DNA of 28,963 nucleotides from an uncultured Oscillospiraceae bacterium (lineage in GTDB: Bacteria > Bacillota > Clostridia > UMGS1883). Location of the stretch: contig CAYTWZ010000002.1 of NCBI GenBank assembly GCA_964442035.1, positions 2,211-31,173 on the forward strand, in the 5' to 3' direction. The position numbers and the translations under genes were made by a program. The notes below the pieces were generated by a model. That model worked only from the letters and a program-made list of their open reading frames with translations, ran no database searches and was not told the origin of the DNA. Positions 1 through 7,666 of this stretch are shown here, in pieces (position 1 is the stretch's first letter; each line of letters begins with the position of its first letter).

Positions 1-18
1 TTAAAAATATATCAGAAA

Positions 19-47
19 AAAGCAGTCCCTTAGGGATTGCTTTTTTC
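19..47 (+). terminator. Rho-independent terminator of an upstream gene lying outside the window
   Basis: Hairpin agcagtccc-tta-gggattgct with one G.U pair, followed directly by TTTTTT. It lies just upstream of the tsaA start region. Confidence 0.6.
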
Positions 48-108
48 ATTGATATATGGTAAAATATTCATAATGAACATCACAAAACAAAGACAGCGGG
101 GAGAACAG

Positions 109-816
109 ATGGAGAACACGCTTAAGGTCATAGCCAGAATACACACCGATTTTCCCGAAAAATTCGGTATACCACGCCAAAGCGGACTTGTGCCGGAAGT
201 AGAGGGACGTATCGTTTTTGAACCGTCGTTCAGAAATCCTCAGGCTCTCTTGGGCATTGAGGAGTATTCCCATATTTGGCTGTTGTGGGACTTTTCCCTT
301 GCGCATACTGAGGATTTCCGCCCTACTGTGTACCCTCCCCGGCTTGGGGGTAAGGTGAAAAAGGGCGTTTTTGCCACAAGGTCACCGTATCGGCCCAATT
401 CAATAGGACTGTCCTGCGTCAGGCTGGAAAGGGTGGAGCATGGGCTTGAGGGCCCTGTCCTTGCGGTAAGCGGGGCGGATATGCTGGACGGAACACCAAT
501 ATATGACATCAAACCGTATCTCCCTTATGCGGACAGCCGCCCGGAGGCATCAGGCGGCTTTGGACAGGAGCATATGAATGACGCGATAGCTGTGGACTTT
601 CCTCCGGATATGCTTGAGCTTTTGCCCCAAAGCAAGCGCTCCGCGGCACTTAAGGTGCTGGGACAGGACCCCAGAGCGGCATATAACAAGGGCGATGGCT
701 ATGTTTACGGAATGGAGTTTGCGGGCTTTGATATACGCTTCAGGGTAAAGGACGGACTTCTGACAGTATGCGGAGTTGTGGAAAGCACTCATGGGCAGTG
801 GGATAAGATCAAGTGA
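109..816 (+). CDS. tsaA: tRNA (adenine37-N6)-methyltransferase TsaA/TrmO (YaeB family)
   Basis: ORF 37..816. Internal ATG at 109 (MENTLKVIARIHTDFPEKFGIPRQSGL...) is preceded by GGGGAG 5 nt upstream. The sequence shows the YaeB/TsaA beta-barrel fold family pattern with a Gly/Pro-rich C-terminal half. Confidence 0.8.
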   Translation: MENTLKVIARIHTDFPEKFGIPRQSGLVPEVEGRIVFEPSFRNPQALLGIEEYSHIWLLWDFSLAHTEDFRPTVYPPRLGGKVKKGVFATRSPYRPNSIGLSCVRLERVEHGLEGPVLAVSGADMLDGTPIYDIKPYLPYADSRPEASGGFGQEHMNDAIAVDFPPDMLELLPQSKRSAALKVLGQDPRAAYNKGDGYVYGMEFAGFDIRFRVKDGLLTVCGVVESTHGQWDKIK

Positions 817-820
817 GGTA

Positions 821-2200
821 ATGAATTTTATGATTGAAAAGCTTAAGGGTCTGTACAAGCAGTATCGGGAGCTTATTGCATATGTTATCGTTGGGGGAAT
901 GACTACAGCGGTCAATCTGGCGGTGTATTGGCTGGACAAGGAAATACTGGGCATCAGCCGCGATCCCAATGTGGTGATCGCGTGGATCGCATCGGTGATA
1001 TTTGCTTATTTTACAAATGCGCTGATCGTTTTCCGCAGCAAAAATACCGGCAGGATAAAGGAGTTTTTAAGGTTTGTGAGCAGCCGTTTGGCGTCGCTGG
1101 CGCTGGAGCTTGTGCTGATGAAGGTGTGCAATGACTTTATCGGTCTAGGAGAATGGTTGTCAAAGTACATTGTGGCAGTTGCTGTAATAGTCGCCAATTA
1201 TGTGTTGAGCAAGCTGTGGGTCTTTGCCAAACGGGAGACGGGGACTAAAAAAATGGGAAGCGCGGAAGATAAGGGCGTTATTCTTACAAAAAGCTGGGTG
1301 GTTTGCGCTCTGGCTTTTGTCTGCTGCGCACTTTGGGGCAGCGCCTTCCCTTGTGTAAAGATCGGCTACAGCCTGTTTGAAATATCGGCCTCCCACGTTG
1401 CGTCGCAGGTGCTTTTTGCCGGTGTGCGTTTCACTTTGGCGGGGGTGATGACCGTTATTATAGCCAGTATAGGGCAAAAACGACTTGTTTACCCCAAAAA
1501 CGCCGGAGAGGTAAGGGGAGTATTTAAGCTTTGTCTTTTTCAGACAGTTATACAGTATATTTTCTTTTACATAGGACTTGCCAGAACAGACGGGGTGAAA
1601 AGCTCCATCATTGAGGCATCCAACGTTTTTGTAGCCATACTTATTGCGGCGCTTGTATTTAAGATCGAAAAGCTGACAGCGGTCAAGGTGATAGGCTGCA
1701 TTGTGGGCTTTGCCGGAGTTGTGCTGATAAACTTAGGCAGCGGCGGCTTTGACGCCAGCATGAGCCTGCTGGGCGAGGGATGTATTTTCCTGTCTACGTT
1801 TTCCTATGCAATTTCCTCTGTGGTAATGAAGTCTTACTCCCAAAAATACGATACCGTGATGATGAGCGGGTGGCAGTTCCTTTTGGGCGGAGTGATACTT
1901 ACCTTGGCCGGACTTGCTTTTGGGGGAGGACTGCCGGTGGTATCATCTCAGGGACTGGCTATGCTTTTTTATCTGGCCTTTGTGTCGGCGGCGGCTTATT
2001 CACTTTGGGCGGTCCTGCTCAAGTACAATTCCGTGTCCAGAGTGTGCGTGTACGGCTTTATGAATCCTATATGCGGAGTTCTGCTTTCCACCTTGCTGCT
2101 TAATGAAAGGGGAAGCTTCGGACTTAAGGGACTTGTATCGCTGGCACTGGTTTGTATCGGCATATACATCGTAAACCGTCAGGAAGCAAAATTATGTTGA
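821..2200 (+). CDS. Fusion membrane protein: N-terminal GtrA-like 4-TM domain plus C-terminal EamA/DMT-type permease (two EamA repeats)
   Basis: Continuous frame 776..2200. Residues ~20-155 match the GtrA family (…IVGGMTTAVNLAVYWL…FYFTNALIVFRSKN…LRFVSSRLASLALE…). After the linker TGTKKMGSAEDK comes a ~10-TM EamA-like region. ATG candidates at 821 and 830 follow a GAGG box. Confidence 0.7.
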   Translation: MNFMIEKLKGLYKQYRELIAYVIVGGMTTAVNLAVYWLDKEILGISRDPNVVIAWIASVIFAYFTNALIVFRSKNTGRIKEFLRFVSSRLASLALELVLMKVCNDFIGLGEWLSKYIVAVAVIVANYVLSKLWVFAKRETGTKKMGSAEDKGVILTKSWVVCALAFVCCALWGSAFPCVKIGYSLFEISASHVASQVLFAGVRFTLAGVMTVIIASIGQKRLVYPKNAGEVRGVFKLCLFQTVIQYIFFYIGLARTDGVKSSIIEASNVFVAILIAALVFKIEKLTAVKVIGCIVGFAGVVLINLGSGGFDASMSLLGEGCIFLSTFSYAISSVVMKSYSQKYDTVMMSGWQFLLGGVILTLAGLAFGGGLPVVSSQGLAMLFYLAFVSAAAYSLWAVLLKYNSVSRVCVYGFMNPICGVLLSTLLLNERGSFGLKGLVSLALVCIGIYIVNRQEAKLC

Positions 2201-2224
2201 CATTGGCGCGTTTTGGTGTATAAT
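2196..2224 (+). promoter_or_regulatory. Sigma-A-type promoter for the Wzz/BY-kinase gene (TTGACA-17-TATAAT)
   Basis: ttgaca, then a 17-nt spacer, then tataat. The -35 hexamer overlaps the stop codon of the upstream gene. Confidence 0.5.
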
Positions 2225-2290
2225 TAAAGTAAGGGATTTTTGAATAATTTGCGCTTGCGGCTTAGAACAACTCTTGAGGTTATTTTACTT

Positions 2291-2331
2291 ACAATCAGCG
2301 TTTTAGAATTAATCAGGGCTTCCTTAGGATA
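2291..2331 (+). promoter_or_regulatory. AATCAG-box element, copy S1 (aatcagcgttttagaattaatcag + ggcttccttaggata)
   Basis: Direct repeat AATCAG-N12-AATCAG lying ~35-75 nt upstream of the cps-like start codon. Related copies occur at ~24483-24506 (minus strand), 24604-24650 and 27710-27736. Confidence 0.35.
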
Positions 2332-2367
2332 AATTATAGGGAAAATTATTCCGGGAGATGATAATTT

Positions 2368-3675
2368 ATGGATGAGTATATGGATGAACTTGACGAAACA
2401 ACTATTGATATAAAGAAAATATTTTTGGTTTTGTTTAAAAGTATGCCGGTGATACTTATTGTGACGCTTGTCTGCGGGGCTGCGGCCTATATTTACAGCA
2501 GCCGCTTCATGACTCCGGTATACTCTGCCCGGGTGCGTCTGTACGTAAACAATCAGCAGGGAGATTCGCAGAAAGTGCAGAACTCAGATATCGCAACGGC
2601 CAATTCCCTTGTGCACGGATATGTGGCAATGATAACTACTGACAAGGTACTTCAGGAGGTAGCCTCCAATATCAATCTGGACTATTCAGCCGAACAGCTG
2701 GCATCCATGATAAGCGCCGAGGGTATTGAGGACACGTCTGTGTTTGTGGTGACGGTTCGAAGCACCAACCCACAGCATGCCCAGCAGATCGCCAATGTTG
2801 TTGCAGAAACAGCACCTCCCCTTATACAGGATATCGTCAAGGGTAGCACTGAGATCATTGACCGGGCAAGCCTACCAAAAACACCGGACTCACCCAATGT
2901 TCTTAAGATCAGCCTTATCGGTATGATCATAGGCTTTGCCGCCGGGGTAGTCGGGGTACTTCTGAAGGACAAATTTGACGTTCGGGTCAAAAGCAGTGCC
3001 ATACTTACTGAAAAATTTGATCTGCCTGTGCTGTCTGAGGCCGATAGCTGCGCCGATGATCCTCTTGAGGGCGGCGAAGCCTACAAAAGGATCAATTCCG
3101 GCATTCGGTTTTCACTTCCAAGACGAAAATGCCGGGTTATTGGTGTAACAAGTGCTGTTAACGGTGAAGGAAAAAGTTTTACCGCATCCCGTATGGCTGC
3201 GGAAGCTGCCCGTGCAGGAAATAAAACCCTGCTTATAGATGGTGACATGAGTGGTCATGGCTTAGGTGCGGCATTTGGTTTTGACAAAGGTAATGGACTG
3301 AGCAATGTTATCGCCGGGGATGAGAACTGCGAAGCAGCGGCATTGCATACAGCTGTCAGCAAGAACCTTGATGTAATAACAGGGGGAGATATTCCGCCTA
3401 ATCCGGAGGAGCTGCTTGCCAGCCCCGAAATGAAGTCTATTGTTGAAGGCTATAGGAATGATTACAGCTATATTATAATAGACATGCCTCCCGTGTCTCG
3501 GCAGACAGCGGAAGCGGCAGCCTCTGCAATGGATGGGATAGTCATGGTGGTGCGCGCACGCAAAACCGGCGCTGATGTGATTTCCGATGCATTGAAGTGG
3601 CTTGCCGACGCGGGTGCAAAAAATCTTGGCTTTGTATTCAATGACCCTGTCAAAACCAATGATTTAAAAGGATAA
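2368..3675 (+). CDS. Fused polysaccharide co-polymerase (Wzz/CpsC-like, 2 TM) and BY-type tyrosine kinase (CpsD/CapB-like ATPase)
   Basis: N-terminal Wzz domain: TM helix, a periplasmic-type domain, then a second TM (LIGMIIGFAAGVVGVLL). C-terminal kinase motifs: Walker A (VNGEGKSFTAS), A' (LLIDGDM) and B (IIIDMPPV). There is no C-terminal Tyr-rich tail. Confidence 0.8.
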   Translation: MDEYMDELDETTIDIKKIFLVLFKSMPVILIVTLVCGAAAYIYSSRFMTPVYSARVRLYVNNQQGDSQKVQNSDIATANSLVHGYVAMITTDKVLQEVASNINLDYSAEQLASMISAEGIEDTSVFVVTVRSTNPQHAQQIANVVAETAPPLIQDIVKGSTEIIDRASLPKTPDSPNVLKISLIGMIIGFAAGVVGVLLKDKFDVRVKSSAILTEKFDLPVLSEADSCADDPLEGGEAYKRINSGIRFSLPRRKCRVIGVTSAVNGEGKSFTASRMAAEAARAGNKTLLIDGDMSGHGLGAAFGFDKGNGLSNVIAGDENCEAAALHTAVSKNLDVITGGDIPPNPEELLASPEMKSIVEGYRNDYSYIIIDMPPVSRQTAEAAASAMDGIVMVVRARKTGADVISDALKWLADAGAKNLGFVFNDPVKTNDLKG

Positions 3676-3688
3676 AGTGAGGTACACT

Positions 3689-4417
3689 ATGGACTATAAG
3701 CTGATTGATTTTCATACACATATTCTGCCCGGCATTGACGATGGAAGCAAAAATGCGGAAACGTCGGTCAAAATGCTCAAAAGACTGGAAGAACAGGGTG
3801 TAAGCGATGTTGTACTAAGCTCCCACTTTTACGCCTCCCAGAACAGCATTGAGGAATTTGCACTCCGGCGAGAAAAAAGCCTCGGCCGTCTTTTGGAAGA
3901 GCTTGATAAGACTCCCGTAAATATCAGGCTTCACCTTGGGGCGGAGATATTGTTCATGGATTACATTGACCGGGTAGAGGGCCTTAGTGAGCTTGCCATA
4001 GGCAAAACCAAATATATTCTGTTGGAGATGCCCTTTGTCAAGTGGAGCGAAAGGATGCTGGGAACAGTCTACAAGGTCATAGGCAACGGCTACATTCCTG
4101 TTATTGCCCACTTTGAGCGCTACATTCCCATACAGGGAAAGCTGGATTATATATATGAGCTAAAACGTATGGGCTGCATACTTCAGATGAATGCCGGCAA
4201 TTTTAAAGGCTTTTTCCGGAAGGGGAAGGCGTTGAAGTTTTTTGAAGATAATACTGCATCGCTTTTAGGAACAGACTGCCACAATCTGGACAGCCGACCT
4301 CCCGAGCTGAAGGCGGCCTATGAAGCAATAGGCCAGAAGCTTGGGGAAGATGAACTTCGGCGCATAAGCGCTGTAGGGGAAAAAATCCTCGAAAATTCCC
4401 GGACAGTGTATAACTAA
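3689..4417 (+). CDS. cpsB: Manganese-dependent protein-tyrosine phosphatase, PHP family (CpsB/YwqE-like)
   Basis: MDYKLIDFHTHILPGIDDGS… shows the HxH…DDG metal motif typical of CpsB/YwqE. ATG at 3689 follows GTGAGG with 6-nt spacing. Confidence 0.8.
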   Translation: MDYKLIDFHTHILPGIDDGSKNAETSVKMLKRLEEQGVSDVVLSSHFYASQNSIEEFALRREKSLGRLLEELDKTPVNIRLHLGAEILFMDYIDRVEGLSELAIGKTKYILLEMPFVKWSERMLGTVYKVIGNGYIPVIAHFERYIPIQGKLDYIYELKRMGCILQMNAGNFKGFFRKGKALKFFEDNTASLLGTDCHNLDSRPPELKAAYEAIGQKLGEDELRRISAVGEKILENSRTVYN

Positions 4418-4518
4418 ACGAAAGATGTCCCCCGTTGGCGGGCGATCCTTTCGTTTTCGGGGAGATCAATCTCCCACCGAAAACGCCCCATGACGGGCTT
4501 TCAGCCCTTATTGAACTA
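4409..4518 (+). promoter_or_regulatory. Conserved structured leader element, copy A (candidate cis-regulatory RNA or insertion-like repeat)
   Basis: Shares ~110 nt with 25391-25502. Both copies start TATAACTAAACGAAAGATGT and end GGGCTTTCAGCCCTTATTG. The P1 stem aaacgaaag/ctttcgttt encloses a small hairpin; a second hairpin is ttcggggagat-caa-tctcccaccgaa; a third is gggct-ttc-agccc. Confidence 0.45.
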
Positions 4519-4577
4519 AAAACAGGAGAACATTCGGTGGGAGAAAGGCTTTGTATTTTTAAAAGGAGGTATTTGAC

Positions 4578-5339
4578 ATGGGTGACGATTTTACCCTCAG
4601 TGACAAGCAAATTCGTGAAAACCGAAATCGGGAGTACCGCAAAGATCCGCCGGAGCTTATCTTAGTCATAATATGCGTGGCCGCTGTAGTGACGGGTGTG
4701 TTTTTCCCGGGGGAAATGTATGATTCGGTGTTTGGTACCGAGCTTATACTCAGCAATCTCATCCGCGTGTTCTTGGCTGTACTTGGTTTTATATTCGGAG
4801 TGCGAATTATTGTTCCTAACCATAAGATCACTTATATTTTTGGCGGAATAGTGATTCTTGTGTCCGTCATACTGGCCTTTTCTGCTACGCCTGAGGCCAT
4901 GATTGCGTTTGCGATGGGCTTCGCGTCTATGATCGTATCTGCGGCAAGACCGTCGGTGCTTGTAATTACGGCAGCTGCTGTGATACTTGTGGAAATAATA
5001 AAGCGGCTGTATATTATATTCGGCCCCGGACAAAAGGCTTCCCGTGGGGGAAAGGTATTGACCCGTGTATCTGCAATCTTGGGCGGGCTTTCCATATTTA
5101 TTGCGCTGCTGATGCCTATGGTCGATCAGGAGTATCCCGGCATGGCAACGGTCGTGCTTTGGATAGTTGGGCTGATATGCGCCGCCGGCGGGTTTATTAC
5201 AGGAGTTGTTGTAAAGCAGCCGTCATATAATACCGGGGACTGGCTCCGGCTCATAGCTTCAGCGGTGGGTATGGGAATACTGCTTTCCTGTATTACTACA
5301 ATATTCGGCCTCCCCGTGCTCGACTTTATGAGGTGGTAA
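4578..5339 (+). CDS. Uncharacterised polytopic membrane protein (about 6-7 TM)
   Basis: RBS AAAGGAGGT lies 8 nt before the ATG. The protein is hydrophobic throughout and no recognisable family motif was found. Confidence 0.6.
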   Translation: MGDDFTLSDKQIRENRNREYRKDPPELILVIICVAAVVTGVFFPGEMYDSVFGTELILSNLIRVFLAVLGFIFGVRIIVPNHKITYIFGGIVILVSVILAFSATPEAMIAFAMGFASMIVSAARPSVLVITAAAVILVEIIKRLYIIFGPGQKASRGGKVLTRVSAILGGLSIFIALLMPMVDQEYPGMATVVLWIVGLICAAGGFITGVVVKQPSYNTGDWLRLIASAVGMGILLSCITTIFGLPVLDFMRW

Positions 5340-5427
5340 GGAATAATAAAAGACTTCCTTTCGGACTCTTGAGATAAGGTCTGAATTGAATACTAAAAAA
5401 CTTTGTTTATTAAGCCGCAAATGAACA

Positions 5428-5469
5428 GACCCCCAAAGGTTAGACCTGAAAATCTAACTTTTGGGGGTC
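5428..5469. terminator. Bidirectional terminator hairpin between convergent genes
   Basis: Stem of ~18 bp: gacccccaaaggttaga / tctaacttttgggggtc. It lies between the plus-strand membrane protein gene and the minus-strand S41 peptidase gene. Confidence 0.55.
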
Positions 5470-5501
5470 ACGTCATCTGATAGGGAGTATTTTATTGCCT
5501 G

Positions 5502-7034
5502 TTATTTAAAATACGCCAGCGCTGTCTGCATCTGTATGTCAACTACCTTGTTCATATTGTATTCGTAGTCGTTCAGCGCCATGGCTGTGTAGAAATCTAC
5601 CTCACCGGTGATCTCGATTTCGCTGTACCGCTGGAATACCCTTACAGCCGCCTCAGTGCGGCTGTTGTATATTCCGTCCACTTCGCTGTCGGCCAGCAGC
5701 TTGAGGGCGTTAAGCCTTTGCTCCACCCCAAGCCTTGTGCTGTCGGACTCCAGCATGTCTGGGGCAAGTAATATGTCTGCAAAATCCTCCTCATTTACGG
5801 GAGAAACCTCGTTTTCAACCGCGTAATCCGGGGTAAGTCCTGTGCCGTGGATGCGCTGATCGGAGGGGCTGTAATATTCGCCTATCGTGAACTTCAGCCC
5901 GCTGCCTGTGGGGGTATGCATTATTACCTGCATACAGCCCTTGCCAAAGGTTTTGGTTCCCATCAGCTTTGCGGCATTGCGGCTTTGAAGAGCCATTGCC
6001 AGAAATTCGCTGGCGGATGCGGTGTTTTCGTTTACAAGCACCAGCATTTCGTAGCCCGGAGCGTTGTAGTTTTCGGAGTACAGATCCACATTGTTTGCTT
6101 CATCCCGATATTTGAGCTTGCCGATAATTCCGGCTGAGATCAGCTTACGGGCTACCTCAATGGCCGCGTCGATATCTCCGCCTCCGTTGTCCCTCAGATC
6201 GATTATAACATTGTTTATGCCCTGATTTTTGAGCTGGTCAATGTAGCCGTCAAAGTCCTCAGGCAGAGATGCGGTGAAGGAGTCAACATCGATGTAACCG
6301 ATTTTGCGCCCGGCCTCGTTTTCAATGATATCCATGGTGGAATGACTTTCGGTGACCTTTTGGCGTACAGCACGTACATACAAGAGCTCATCGCCGCGAA
6401 CAATGCCTATATCCACAAAGGTGCCTTCCTCGCCAATGATCAGCTCGCGTGTGGCGGCAGGCTCGTAATTGGAGGTGTCAACTCCGTCCACCGATACGAT
6501 CTGATCGCCTACCTGAATGCCGGCCATCTCGGCTGAGCTGCCGGAAAACACATTCTCGATAACTGTGCCGCCCTTTTGTATAGTCATAGTTACACCTATG
6601 CCGTAAAATGAGGCATTGTAGTAATCAAGCTGCTGGGAGTAGAGCTCGGGAGGGTAATACTCCGCATACTCATCCCCAAGGGTCTTTACCATAGTTTCAA
6701 GGGCAAGATCAATGTCAAACCGACCACCGTTGTCAATGGTGGCACAGATCACGTTGTAAAGCAGGTTTTCGTCAGACACTCCGTAATAGTAGTTGTCGGC
6801 CAAAAGGTGGGCGTAATCCCTGATAAGGTTCTTTTGGCGGAATGCGGAAAGGGCATTTTTGAGCTTGGGATTGTCACTCTCTATTTCTGTGCTTTCCGTA
6901 ATTGCTGGAGTATCCGCCTCGGCTTCTTCGGTAGCGGTAGGTGTGTTGACCTCCGTGCTTGCGGGGCTCTCGGCCAAGACAGGGGTAAAAATCAGCGTCA
7001 GCGCCAGCAGCAGTGATAAAAGTTTGTTTTTCAT
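5502..7034 (-). CDS. S41 family C-terminal processing peptidase (CtpA/Tsp-like) with PDZ domain and C-terminal peptidoglycan-binding domain
   Basis: Signal peptide MKNKLLSLLLALTLIFTPVLA. PDZ motif GIGVTM…GSSAEMAGIQVGDQIVSVDG. S41 core motifs GGGD…LVNENTASASE…TFGKG. C-terminal PG_binding_1-like segment (…LKLLADSEVDGIYNSRTEAAVRVFQ…). Confidence 0.85.
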   Translation of the reverse strand: MKNKLLSLLLALTLIFTPVLAESPASTEVNTPTATEEAEADTPAITESTEIESDNPKLKNALSAFRQKNLIRDYAHLLADNYYYGVSDENLLYNVICATIDNGGRFDIDLALETMVKTLGDEYAEYYPPELYSQQLDYYNASFYGIGVTMTIQKGGTVIENVFSGSSAEMAGIQVGDQIVSVDGVDTSNYEPAATRELIIGEEGTFVDIGIVRGDELLYVRAVRQKVTESHSTMDIIENEAGRKIGYIDVDSFTASLPEDFDGYIDQLKNQGINNVIIDLRDNGGGDIDAAIEVARKLISAGIIGKLKYRDEANNVDLYSENYNAPGYEMLVLVNENTASASEFLAMALQSRNAAKLMGTKTFGKGCMQVIMHTPTGSGLKFTIGEYYSPSDQRIHGTGLTPDYAVENEVSPVNEEDFADILLAPDMLESDSTRLGVEQRLNALKLLADSEVDGIYNSRTEAAVRVFQRYSEIEITGEVDFYTAMALNDYEYNMNKVVDIQMQTALAYFK

Positions 7035-7666
7035 GGCAGTTCCTTTCTGATGTGGCCATATATGGAGGCCAGAGCATTGTTAAGTAAAATATATCGAGCC
7101 ATGGCTAAAGGAGCATATCCGTCTCTTAGCCCTTCCCGGTCATAATATTCCGACGCCGCGGAAATGATTTCCTCCGGTTCATCCCAGCCCAAAGCCCACA
7201 AAAGCCTTTCGGCCTCAGAGGATATAAGCAAATTTGCGTCTTCCCGGCCGTCGGGGGGCGTTCCGTGGAGCTCAAGCATTTTTTTCAGCCTGTTATAAAT
7301 ATATATGTGCCTGAATTTCGGGTCAGACATCTCCGGCATAGGTAGCTCAGGCAGCTCCGCAGCAGGGCTCAGAGCTTCGGACAAAAAGCCCGTATCAGAG
7401 AAAAAGCTTACAAAGCCCTTCCCCGTATTTGCCGGGCGCAGACCCCCACGGGGCTCTATTGCTGTTACAAGATTCGCAGCGATTACCTCCGCACTCACAG
7501 ACAACTCCTTCGCAAGTACAAAGGCCGCCGTGACGGAAAAAGCCCCGTTGCTCCTATCCTTGGGACGTATTACGGAAAATTCGGGACAAAAGCCGTACAG
7601 CCTGAACGCGGCTTCCTCCGTGATGGAGCAGACCAGCCCCTTGCGGTTCTCTAAGGCCGCTTTCAC
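7031..7666 (-). CDS. Hypothetical protein, possibly a DALR (ArgRS C-terminal anticodon-binding)-like domain protein
   Basis: 4-nt overlaps with both neighbouring genes suggest translational coupling. The C-terminal part (…SSEAERLLWALGWDEPEEIISAASEYY…LAMARYILLNNALASIY) loosely resembles a DALR helix bundle. The ywiB-argS synteny of Bacillus supports this reading. Confidence 0.5.
   Translation of the reverse strand: MKAALENRKGLVCSITEEAAFRLYGFCPEFSVIRPKDRSNGAFSVTAAFVLAKELSVSAEVIAANLVTAIEPRGGLRPANTGKGFVSFFSDTGFLSEALSPAAELPELPMPEMSDPKFRHIYIYNRLKKMLELHGTPPDGREDANLLISSEAERLLWALGWDEPEEIISAASEYYDREGLRDGYAPLAMARYILLNNALASIYGHIRKELP

Noticed and set aside
49-77. Promoter for tsaA immediately after the upstream terminator
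   Set aside because: Candidate hexamers (ttgata, taaaat, cataat) do not fall at acceptable 16-18-nt spacing. I could not support a specific call.
4409-4518. Interpretation of the conserved element as a known riboswitch (c-di-AMP ydaO, c-di-GMP, Mn yybP, guanidine, ZTP, T-box) or as a MITE
   Set aside because: I could not align the hallmark conserved nucleotides of those classes to it from memory. The element ends are not inverted repeats of each other, which argues against a MITE. It is left as unclassified pending a covariance-model search.
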